Shown piece after piece: positions 9,926 to 18,711 of a stretch of DNA of 64,000 nucleotides. How positions within the stretch are numbered: the first letter of the stretch is position 1; each line of letters starts with the position of its first letter. A program made the translations under genes and the position numbers. Source of the stretch: an uncultured Chloroflexota bacterium (GTDB lineage: Bacteria; Chloroflexota; Dehalococcoidia; Lucifugimonadales; GCA-002694895); the NCBI GenBank assembly GCA_913045935.1, contig CAJWSY010000001.1:29660-93659 (forward strand), written 5' to 3'. The notes beneath the pieces are model-generated. The model was given only the letters and a program-made list of their open reading frames with translations. It ran no database searches and was not told the origin of the DNA.

Positions 9926-12631
9926 TTATTTTTTTATTTTAACAGACACAAGATCTAAATTAGGAACTGAATAATATTTCAAATCTGATTTTGATTCATC
10001 AAGTGTTTTAATCATATTTCCAAATAACGTCGTAATGCTGAATACATTTTTAGTTTTTCCATTTGTTATCACAATGCAATCTAAAGGCTTTGACATATTA
10101 TCAGAGAGCAATTTGATTTTTTGATTTTGTTTCAATTTGTGCTTTATAGCATCGTCTGGATGAATAGATAAATTATAAAGTTGTTTGAAAGTGGATTGAT
10201 CATTCGGTTTATGAGTTATTGTAAATCTTGATTTATTCAAAACTCTTCCCATAGCTAAGTAGTACCCATTTTGTTTGAAATCTGAATCTAAAAGAGAAGA
10301 AATTTGAAGTTGAAATTCTTTGTTTGTTGCATTCATTTTCATTGAATACAGAATATTATTTGTATTATTTTCATGAATTGGCCATGTATTCTTTTTATTA
10401 GCCTTTAAATACTTATAATCATAATTTGAATATATAGGAACAGATTCAGAAATTTCATTAAATATATTTTTTATATTGATATTTTTAAATTTCTTATCAC
10501 CAAAGTATTTTGAAAGATTTTGCATGGATTGATAAACTTGAGATTGATCAAATTTAGGCTTGATAGCAATATCTAGTAATTGAATTCTTCTTTCAATATT
10601 TGTTTTAGTTCCTTCTGATTCAGCAAAAGTCGTAGAAGGAAGAATATAATCTGATATTTCTTTTCTATTAGGATTCGATAATGATTTATGAGAAATAATT
10701 TTCATATTATTACTAACTTTATTTAAAATTTCAAATAATTCATCATTATATGATTCATTAAAATCACCTACCAAATGCAATACTTCAATTTTATTATCTT
10801 TAATGATGTCCAATATTTTAGCATATGAAATATTTCTGTTATCGATAATATCTAAATCTGTAGGGTTGTTAACTACTGTAGTAAGACCCAAATCAGTTGC
10901 TCCTTGAGAGTTTGATCCTCTATAAAGAGGGAATATTCCACCACCGCTTATGCCAATATTGCCAGTGATTAGACTTAAATCTACAAGTAATTTTACCAAT
11001 TCTTCCAAATTCTCTGGTTTTATAGTGTCATTTGAATAAATTGTTGCCATGGGACCATTTGTAAGTATATTAACTGCTTCACTAATGTCTTCTATACTTA
11101 TACCTGTAATAGCAGATACTTTCATTAAATCAAATTTCCATATTGAATTTCTGAATTCAGAATAGTTATTACAATTATTTTCGACAAAATCTTTATTTTC
11201 TAAAGCCTGATCTATGATAGATCTTATGATTCCTCCAACAAGATATGCTTCAGTCCCAGGATATGGATTTAGCCATAATGTAGCAAACTTTGTCATTTCA
11301 GTTTCTCTTTGATCAATTACTACCATCTTTGCCGTACCCGAATCAATAGATTGTTTTATCGGTAAAGATAACACATTATGGTTTTCAGTGACATTGGAAG
11401 ATACAACAAGGTAAGATTTAGAATTTTTAAGGTCTTGGACAGTATTTGAAGCAGAAGAATAACCTAGTGTTTCTGTTAGTTTGTATCTCAGCCCACTATC
11501 AAGATCTGCATTTGAAATAATATTGTTGGATCCAACAATTTCAGAACCAAATTTATTTGCTAAATACATATCTTCATTAGTTAAGTTCGAATCAATAATC
11601 ATTGCATATTTTTGAGGATCTGTATTTTGAATCAACTCGGAAATAGCTTCCATATTGTCAGCAATAGTAGATTTTACTAAAATTTTATTCTTTCGTGCCA
11701 TAGCGTAAAATATTTTAGATTTAGAATTAACAAAATCAAATCCAAACTTACCTCTAAAACAAGTTTGTCCTTTATTCGATGGTCCAGATAGATTACTACC
11801 GATTCTAACTAATTTTTCTCTTGAATTTGTTTCCAAGTCCACAGTACATCCTATAGGACAATAATTACATATAGAAGTCGTTTTGTTTTCAGCTTTTTCC
11901 CATTTATAATCCCGTTCAACTATAGCTCCTGTAGGACAAACATCCAAACATGCTCCACAAAATTCACATCCTGCGTCAATCAAGCTATCGCCCATAGAAG
12001 TTCCTATTATTACTTTTCCTGCTCTTTCCTTAACTGTCAGAGCATTATCAACTCTAACTTCAGAACAAACTCTGACACATCTGGCACAAACTATACATAA
12101 ATTCATATCCATATCCCATAATGGATCATCATTCTTTACATGCTCTCCTCTATAGTTATAAGTTAGAGGGCTATTCATTTCCATGTCTAAACTTCTGACT
12201 GTGTCTTTTAATTCACATCTTTCATTTTTTGGACAAGTAATACATCTGTCATTTACTGATACATGTCTTAGACAAATATCACTTGGTCCGCACAAATCAA
12301 TTCTATGACAAGTGAGGCAGCCGTGTGGATGTTCTGACAAAAGTAATTCCATAATTCCTTTTCTTAAATCAACTAACTCGTCAGTTTGGGTATTAATTTT
12401 CATTCCATCAGCTACAGGCGTAGTACAAGATGCAGGCATTCCTCTCCCACCTTCTACTTCAACTACACACATTCTGCATGCACCATATGATTTCATTCCT
12501 GGGTAATAACATAAATAAGGTATATACATTCCTGCATCCATAGCAGCTTGAAGTATGTTTTTACCTTTACCAGCTTTTATTTTCTTGCCATCAATAGTTA
12601 TATCTACTGTATCAATATTATTTTCTATCAT
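9926..12631 (-). CDS. NuoG/FdhA-like Fe-S protein, Mo ligand apparently absent
   Basis: [2Fe-2S] GACRMC; HxxxCxxC-x5-C; CIVCARCVRVC; CEFCGACLDVCP; CNYCPIGC..C; no C/U-H at the Fdh Mo-ligand position. Confidence 0.85.
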   Translation of the reverse strand: MIENNIDTVDITIDGKKIKAGKGKNILQAAMDAGMYIPYLCYYPGMKSYGACRMCVVEVEGGRGMPASCTTPVADGMKINTQTDELVDLRKGIMELLLSEHPHGCLTCHRIDLCGPSDICLRHVSVNDRCITCPKNERCELKDTVRSLDMEMNSPLTYNYRGEHVKNDDPLWDMDMNLCIVCARCVRVCSEVRVDNALTVKERAGKVIIGTSMGDSLIDAGCEFCGACLDVCPTGAIVERDYKWEKAENKTTSICNYCPIGCTVDLETNSREKLVRIGSNLSGPSNKGQTCFRGKFGFDFVNSKSKIFYAMARKNKILVKSTIADNMEAISELIQNTDPQKYAMIIDSNLTNEDMYLANKFGSEIVGSNNIISNADLDSGLRYKLTETLGYSSASNTVQDLKNSKSYLVVSSNVTENHNVLSLPIKQSIDSGTAKMVVIDQRETEMTKFATLWLNPYPGTEAYLVGGIIRSIIDQALENKDFVENNCNNYSEFRNSIWKFDLMKVSAITGISIEDISEAVNILTNGPMATIYSNDTIKPENLEELVKLLVDLSLITGNIGISGGGIFPLYRGSNSQGATDLGLTTVVNNPTDLDIIDNRNISYAKILDIIKDNKIEVLHLVGDFNESYNDELFEILNKVSNNMKIISHKSLSNPNRKEISDYILPSTTFAESEGTKTNIERRIQLLDIAIKPKFDQSQVYQSMQNLSKYFGDKKFKNINIKNIFNEISESVPIYSNYDYKYLKANKKNTWPIHENNTNNILYSMKMNATNKEFQLQISSLLDSDFKQNGYYLAMGRVLNKSRFTITHKPNDQSTFKQLYNLSIHPDDAIKHKLKQNQKIKLLSDNMSKPLDCIVITNGKTKNVFSITTLFGNMIKTLDESKSDLKYYSVPNLDLVSVKIKK

Positions 12632-14393
12632 TGACCACCTGCCTTATCTTACCCTGATAAACTTGTCCTGATTTAACTTGCCAGGCATTAGGACGAGTGT
12701 TAATGGGGAAAACTATATTTCTTTTTTTACAACTACCCGTAGGGCAATCGCCACTCATACATTCTTCAAAATCTTTTTGAAAATGTTTTAATGCAGAGCT
12801 TATCGGGTTATACCCTAATTGCCCATGCCCACACAAAGATCCGGCTTGCATGTTTTTACCTATTTTATTCATAAGCGCTAAATCTTCAATAACTCCTTCA
12901 CCCTTAGAAATTTTTTCAACAATTTCCAGCAGATGAGTCATTCCTAATCTGCATGGGAAACATTTACCACATGATTCATACTGACAAAAAGCTACTAATG
13001 ATTTAGTTAGATCAACAGCGCAAGTCCTGTCGTCTACCACTATAATTCCGCCAGAGCCTAAAATTGCACCTGCTTTTGCCATTTCATCAAAATCAATTTT
13101 TACTTTAAGGCTATCAGATCCTAAAACTCCTCCTAAGGGGCCTCCTGTTTGTAACATTTTAAGTTTTCTGCCATTCGGGATACCTCCGCCCAATTTCTCA
13201 ATTACATCACCTATAGACAGCCCCATCTCAACTTCGTACATTCCAGGATTAGATATGTCACCAGATAAACAAACTATGGCTGTACCAGAACTACTTTCTG
13301 TACCTGTTGATTTAAACCAGTCACTTCCGTTTCTTATAATTTCAGCAACATATGACAATGATTTAACATTATTTATGGTACTTGGCTTACCCCAAACACC
13401 ATAGGCAGCCGGAAAAGGAGGCCTTGATCGTGGTCTAGAACTTTTACCTTCTATAGATTCCATTAATGCTGTTTCTTCACCTGCAACATACGAGTCTCCT
13501 GTTAAAGAAACCTCAATGTCAAATGAAAAACCTGAACCTAAAATATTTTCACCTAATAATCCATTTTCATAAGCTTGTTTAATAGCTTCTTCAGTTCGAA
13601 TAATTGGGCCTTCATGTCCATGCCTGATAAAAACATAACCATTTGTAGAATTTGTAGCAAATCCTGCAATAATCATTCCTTCGATTAGTGTAAATGGATC
13701 ACTTTCTAATATACCTTTATCGTTAAATGCTCCTGGATCTCCTTCTTCACAATTACAAAGAATATATTTCTTACCTTTAGAATTAGCCATAAAACTCCAT
13801 TTAACACCTGTAGGAAAAGCAGCCCCTCCCCTACCTCTTAAACCAGAGTTTTTCACTTCGTTAATTACTTCTTCAGAACTCATAGAACTCAAAGCCTTAT
13901 TCAATCCCAAAAAACCTCCATTAGCAATGTACTGATGAATATCATTAAAAGCAATGTTTCCAGAATTTCTAAGAGCTATTCTGTTTTGATACTGTATTCC
14001 AGGTAAATCAGAAAATCTTGGGACCCCTTTAATTATTTGATCACCCAAAGATCCAAGTAAATTCTTTTTGATTATTTTATTTTTATTTATATAACTATCA
14101 ATGATCTCTTCAACATTTTCTATGGTCACATACCCCCAAAACATTCTTGGTTTATCTTCTAACAATACATCAATAATCGTACCCGCATAACAAATACCAT
14201 GACATCCAACTGTATCAATATTCAGTGAGATATTATGTTTTTTACTAAATCCCTTTATAGTTTGTACTATTTCCTCTGAACCCAATGATGAACCACAACA
14301 CATAGCATCGCTTACTCTGATCCATGGTATATTGCCACTATTCAACTCTGACCATCTTATGTCGCTATCATTTTTCAGACTTTCGTAACTCAA
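12618..14393 (-). CDS. nuoF: NuoF/HydB-like NADH-binding flavoprotein with N-terminal thioredoxin-like Fe-S domain
   Basis: GLRGRGGAAFPTGVKW, CNCEEGDPGAF, YVAGEETAL, ESCGKCFPCR, SLCGHG. Confidence 0.88.
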   Translation of the reverse strand: MSYESLKNDSDIRWSELNSGNIPWIRVSDAMCCGSSLGSEEIVQTIKGFSKKHNISLNIDTVGCHGICYAGTIIDVLLEDKPRMFWGYVTIENVEEIIDSYINKNKIIKKNLLGSLGDQIIKGVPRFSDLPGIQYQNRIALRNSGNIAFNDIHQYIANGGFLGLNKALSSMSSEEVINEVKNSGLRGRGGAAFPTGVKWSFMANSKGKKYILCNCEEGDPGAFNDKGILESDPFTLIEGMIIAGFATNSTNGYVFIRHGHEGPIIRTEEAIKQAYENGLLGENILGSGFSFDIEVSLTGDSYVAGEETALMESIEGKSSRPRSRPPFPAAYGVWGKPSTINNVKSLSYVAEIIRNGSDWFKSTGTESSSGTAIVCLSGDISNPGMYEVEMGLSIGDVIEKLGGGIPNGRKLKMLQTGGPLGGVLGSDSLKVKIDFDEMAKAGAILGSGGIIVVDDRTCAVDLTKSLVAFCQYESCGKCFPCRLGMTHLLEIVEKISKGEGVIEDLALMNKIGKNMQAGSLCGHGQLGYNPISSALKHFQKDFEECMSGDCPTGSCKKRNIVFPINTRPNAWQVKSGQVYQGKIRQVVNDRK

Positions 14394-14854
14394 TTTAATT
14401 CATCCATCATTTTTGATAATTTTTTTGTATTCATTTTTCCATAAAGTTTGTGATTAACACTTATTAGAGGTGCTTGAGGGCAGGCTCCTAAACACGTATT
14501 AAATTTAAGTGAAAACTTTCCATCCTTAGTATCTCCTTGATTTTCAAGATCTAATTTTTTTAATGCTGTTTGTTGCAAATCAGAAGCTCCTCCGATGTGA
14601 CATGATGGGCCCCAACATATTTCTAAATTATATTTTCCAGGTGGATCAAATCTAAAATTCAAGTAAAAGGAAGCTACTCCCCAAACATCGTTAGTTGAAA
14701 CTTTCATGAATTCCGCAACTACATTAACCGAATTTTTAGGTAAATAACCAATTTCGTCTTGCACAGCTAATAAAGAGGACAATATTGTTCTAGTAGTATA
14801 ATGCTGATTTTCAATAATATTTAGAATATATTCATCTTTGTAATCTTTTAACAT
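14390..14854 (-). CDS. nuoE: NuoE/HydC-like [2Fe-2S] subunit
   Basis: GVASFY, ICWGPSCH, CLGACPQAP. Confidence 0.88.
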   Translation of the reverse strand: MLKDYKDEYILNIIENQHYTTRTILSSLLAVQDEIGYLPKNSVNVVAEFMKVSTNDVWGVASFYLNFRFDPPGKYNLEICWGPSCHIGGASDLQQTALKKLDLENQGDTKDGKFSLKFNTCLGACPQAPLISVNHKLYGKMNTKKLSKMMDELN

Positions 14855-14950
14855 CCAAACATATAAAAATATATAAAAAGTTACTTCAATTTGATCATAA
14901 CATAAAAAATTATATTTGTTACTACCCTTTATATAAATCTTTATATAAAA

Positions 14951-14968
14951 TTGTGAAATATTGAACTA
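14951..14968. promoter_or_regulatory. Possible Rex operator upstream of nuoE-like gene
   Basis: TTGTGAA-ATAT-TGAACTA against Rex consensus TTGTGAA-N4-TTCACAA; left half perfect, right half 4/7. Confidence 0.3.
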
Positions 14969-15082
14969 GGATAATTATTAAATGCTAAATATTTTTGACC
15001 AAATTGAAACTAAATATCTTATTCACTAAAATATTTGATATACTATTACTTTACTAATGAATATACTTTTTTGGTGTTGAGT

Positions 15083-15877
15083 ATGAATAAAACAGAATTA
15101 ATTGAGGATCCTAAAGAATTATGGAATCTGATAAGAGAAGATAAATATTTAAAATCTACAGCAGGTGTAGCTCTAGGTTATTTACAAACCAACTTAGTAA
15201 CACTCCCAAGTGAGTATGCGTTTGATTTCCTGCTATTTTGCCAAAGAAATCCTAAGCCATGTCCAATTCTTGAAGTTATGGAACCAGGAGAATATGAACC
15301 AAAAATACTAGCCAAAGGAGCTGATATCAGGACTGACATTCCTTATTACAGAATATACGAACACGGTAAGTTAGTTAACGAAACAAAAAATATAATCGAT
15401 TACTGGAAAGATGATTTGGTATCTTTTTTGATTGGATGTAGTTTTACATTTGAAACAGCTATGCTTAATGCAAATATCTCTTTAAGACATATTGAACAAG
15501 ATACTACCGTACCTATGTACATAACAAACCTAGAAACACAAGCTGCAGGAAAATTTAGCGGTCCAACTGTTGTATCAATGAGACCCATCAAGAAAGAGCA
15601 TTTAGTTAGAACTGTTCAAGTTACAAGCAGATTTCCTGGAACACATGGCGCTCCATTGCATATAGGCAATCCAAATGAAATAGGAATTAACAATATTGAT
15701 GCCCCTGATTTTGGAGAGAAAGTTGAAATAAAAGAAAACGAAATTCCTGTATTTTGGGCTTGTGGAGTAACACCTCAAGCTGTTGCTTTAAAATCAAAAC
15801 CGCCTATTATGATTACACATTCTCCTGGATATATGTTTGTTACTAGTACAAGAGATGACTCTGTAGCTGTTATTTAA
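15083..15877 (+). CDS. DUF1445 putative hydro-lyase (D-glutamate cyclase/YcsI family)
   Basis: FLLFCQRNPKPCP, DIRTDIPYY, IGCSFTFE, PVFWACGVTPQ, ITHSPG; ATG 15083 preferred over TTG 15035. Confidence 0.9.
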   Translation: MNKTELIEDPKELWNLIREDKYLKSTAGVALGYLQTNLVTLPSEYAFDFLLFCQRNPKPCPILEVMEPGEYEPKILAKGADIRTDIPYYRIYEHGKLVNETKNIIDYWKDDLVSFLIGCSFTFETAMLNANISLRHIEQDTTVPMYITNLETQAAGKFSGPTVVSMRPIKKEHLVRTVQVTSRFPGTHGAPLHIGNPNEIGINNIDAPDFGEKVEIKENEIPVFWACGVTPQAVALKSKPPIMITHSPGYMFVTSTRDDSVAVI

Positions 15878-15891
15878 AATTAGGATAATTT

Positions 15892-16728
15892 ATGGAAACA
15901 ATAAAAAATATAATTACAGATCATGATAAAAGAGGAATATCTATACTTCTTCCACATGTGTCTGATAATGTCTGCGAAGAAGCAGCGGAATTAATTTTAA
16001 ACAACGGAAATAAAGCTGTAATACTAACTGGATTCTACATCTTATCCGCAGGTGCTGCTGAAACAGACGGACCTATCGGTGCAATAGCAATTGGCAATGC
16101 TCTAAAAAAATTAAATTATCAAGTAACATATATAACCGACAAATTTTCAGCTCCCCCTATAAAAAAAGTATTATCAGAAGATGATAATTTTATAATTTTC
16201 CCTCACGAAAACGTAATTGACAGTAAAAAAACAGCATCAAAAATCATTAAAGATATTAACCCTAATATAATAATATCAATTGAAAGATGCGGTCCCACCA
16301 TAAATGGGGAATACCTTAATAGTAGGGGGAAAAAAATCGATGAATTTAATTCTAAAACTGAATTTCTTCTTAATAATGAAATACCCAGTATAGGAATAGG
16401 TGACGGTGGAAACGAAATAGGTATGGGTAACTTAAACAATATAATCAAAAAATCAAATCAACTTTCAAATCCTCCTTGCATAACACAAACTGATATTCTT
16501 ATTCCTGCAAGTACATCAAACTGGGGAGGTTATGGATTAGTGGCAGGTCTGTCAAAAATCTCGAAACAAAACCTTTTGCCAAGCATATCTGAAGATGAAA
16601 AACTAATTAAAGATTTTGTAGACGCAGGTGGAGTAGACGGGATTACTGCAACTTCTGCTTATAAAGTTGATAGTTTTGAATTAGAAGTTAACAGTTCCAT
16701 TCTAGAAAGATTACATAAAATAATTTAA
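15892..16728 (+). CDS. DUF4392 family protein (D-glutamate cyclase-associated domain)
   Basis: LTGF, AETDGPIG, ISIERCG, IGIGDGGNEIGMG, SNWGGYGL, GVDG. Confidence 0.88.
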   Translation: METIKNIITDHDKRGISILLPHVSDNVCEEAAELILNNGNKAVILTGFYILSAGAAETDGPIGAIAIGNALKKLNYQVTYITDKFSAPPIKKVLSEDDNFIIFPHENVIDSKKTASKIIKDINPNIIISIERCGPTINGEYLNSRGKKIDEFNSKTEFLLNNEIPSIGIGDGGNEIGMGNLNNIIKKSNQLSNPPCITQTDILIPASTSNWGGYGLVAGLSKISKQNLLPSISEDEKLIKDFVDAGGVDGITATSAYKVDSFELEVNSSILERLHKII

Positions 16729-17501
16729 TATTCACCAATTAATTTAGCATGCACTAACAATCTTGAGTGATACAAAAAACTTGGAACACAAGTAACCAAA
16801 ACTATTTCAGGGGATTCGGAATCAATTTCTAGTACCAAATCATCTTTGGGAATAACTTCTGTTTTATAAATTTGGTAAACAAATGTTTTAGATTTTGTTT
16901 CAATATGCACATATATATATGGATCAAATTGCATCAATTCAGGAATCTTAGGTAACATATGAAATACTTTACCTTCTTTTTTAATAAAGCTTTCCAAATG
17001 CCCAAAATACCAAGATTTACCTTTCTCACCAGGTTTTACAGATTCAGGTATATGCCCAACAACATTTTTTGGGGTCTCATAAGAGGAAGAATCACCCAAA
17101 TCAATAATATCTAATTCTTTAATCTGAGATTTCAATCCTATTTCTTTTATCATAATTGATTTAGGAGTATTATCCTCAAATATATCAAAAATCGATTTTT
17201 GATATATTTGAAAATTAGTTGGGAGACCTGCATAAGGATCTGCATTATCCTCGTCTTGGTTAACAATAATTCCTGCATCTATTTTTGTTTGATTATTATT
17301 TACTGACTTGTCATCTTCAGACAAAACAGTAGATTGTTTTTTTTGAACAACTAAAAGTTCATCATTTATTTCATTGTTTAAATTTTGGATATCAGTTTTT
17401 GAGTATTGAATCAATGCAAATATCAAAATTCCAAAAATTAAAAAGAAAAATCCAAAAATCTCAAATACGTGATACTTTAGTAGTAATTTAAAAAAATTCA
17501 A
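16725..17501 (-). CDS. Sortase family protein
   Basis: N-terminal TM; catalytic His (YFGHLE), Cys (LVTC) and Arg (SRLLVHA). Confidence 0.85.
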   Translation of the reverse strand: MNFFKLLLKYHVFEIFGFFFLIFGILIFALIQYSKTDIQNLNNEINDELLVVQKKQSTVLSEDDKSVNNNQTKIDAGIIVNQDEDNADPYAGLPTNFQIYQKSIFDIFEDNTPKSIMIKEIGLKSQIKELDIIDLGDSSSYETPKNVVGHIPESVKPGEKGKSWYFGHLESFIKKEGKVFHMLPKIPELMQFDPYIYVHIETKSKTFVYQIYKTEVIPKDDLVLEIDSESPEIVLVTCVPSFLYHSRLLVHAKLIGEY

Positions 17502-17513
17502 TATTTATAAATC

Positions 17514-17732
17514 TTAACGGACCCTGGGAGAATGAGATTCGCCGCTTGCAATTGGTTCATCTATATATACATCCCCATTTCTAATTTTCAAGTTATATCC
17601 ACAATCCGGAACATTGCATACCCATGCTTTGTAATGAATTGCTGCCCCCTGATTACCAAAGTCTGAAAGCGGTAACAAAGTTCCACCTTTTGTACATTTC
17701 ATACATTTAGGAAAATTTGATTCATCTGCCAT
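17514..17732 (-). CDS. Small 72-aa zinc-ribbon hypothetical protein
   Basis: CxxC ... CxxxxC; strong SD AGAGGGG; TATAAT just upstream. Confidence 0.8.
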   Translation of the reverse strand: MADESNFPKCMKCTKGGTLLPLSDFGNQGAAIHYKAWVCNVPDCGYNLKIRNGDVYIDEPIASGESHSPRVR

Positions 17733-17788
17733 TAACGATCCCCTCTTTTATATTTATATTACTAGTATTATATTCGATATATTTTTTT

Positions 17789-18631
17789 TTACCAAGATAA
17801 TAAATTTGATGCATTTTTATAAAATATATCATCCAACTCGTAAGTGGTTAACTTTGAATCTCTAATATTTTGAACTGCTCTTTCTATAGAAATCAATCCA
17901 TAATCACTTCCAAACAATATTTTTTTTGATCCTAAAATTTCATAAAATACTTTTACAATTTTCGGATCATATAAAAAATCTATTGCAGCAGTATCATAGT
18001 AAACATTGTCTAATTCTTTTTTTAATTCAGGCATAAAATAATAAATAGGAAGACCTCCTCCTAAATGAGAAAAAATCATTTTAAGATTTTTGTATTTCTT
18101 CGCAAAGGAATATAATTTGCTTGGAAACATTCTGCCTTTGCCCTTATAAATATGGCCAACCGGCTCAGAAGAATGAAAATTAATAATCATATTATTTGAT
18201 ACCATTATTTCAACAATAGGATCAAATATATTAAAATTTAATAAATCAAATCCTTGGGCATCTGGATGTAACTCGCCAATTCCAATAACTCCTTTACTGT
18301 ACATTCTGTCTAATTCTTCTAAACATTTTTCAATACCCCAAGTTATATTTATGGAACCAAAAGTTTTGACTTGATCGTATTTTGTTGACATTTCAATTAA
18401 AAAATCATTGGTATATTTTGTAAGCTCAAAATCTTGATAACCTATACTCTGTATGATTAATTTGATTTTTGGATATTTATTTAAAATTTGGACTAAATCA
18501 TCTTCTATAGGGATATTAATTCTTTTTTCTTCGTACAATTCAGAAAAATTTGAATCCAATCTGCAATATTTAGATCGATTCAATTTCATGTCATTAGGGA
18601 AAAAATGTGTATGTACATCGATTATATTCAT
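17789..18631 (-). CDS. Amidohydrolase_2 family metal-dependent hydrolase
   Basis: IDVHTH, GIGELHP, FSHLGG, YYDTAA, LFGSDY. Confidence 0.88.
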   Translation of the reverse strand: MNIIDVHTHFFPNDMKLNRSKYCRLDSNFSELYEEKRINIPIEDDLVQILNKYPKIKLIIQSIGYQDFELTKYTNDFLIEMSTKYDQVKTFGSINITWGIEKCLEELDRMYSKGVIGIGELHPDAQGFDLLNFNIFDPIVEIMVSNNMIINFHSSEPVGHIYKGKGRMFPSKLYSFAKKYKNLKMIFSHLGGGLPIYYFMPELKKELDNVYYDTAAIDFLYDPKIVKVFYEILGSKKILFGSDYGLISIERAVQNIRDSKLTTYELDDIFYKNASNLLSW

Positions 18632-18711
18632 AGTACTATGTCTTAAATATATTTAATAATAACAAAATAATAATAAATATTTTATATTTTCTAGGGAGCA
18701 AAAAATTACTA

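Noticed and set aside
9926-12631. Calling the large subunit a (seleno)formate dehydrogenase
   Set aside because: No Cys/Sec-His Mo-ligand motif, no in-frame TGA and no adjacent fdhD.
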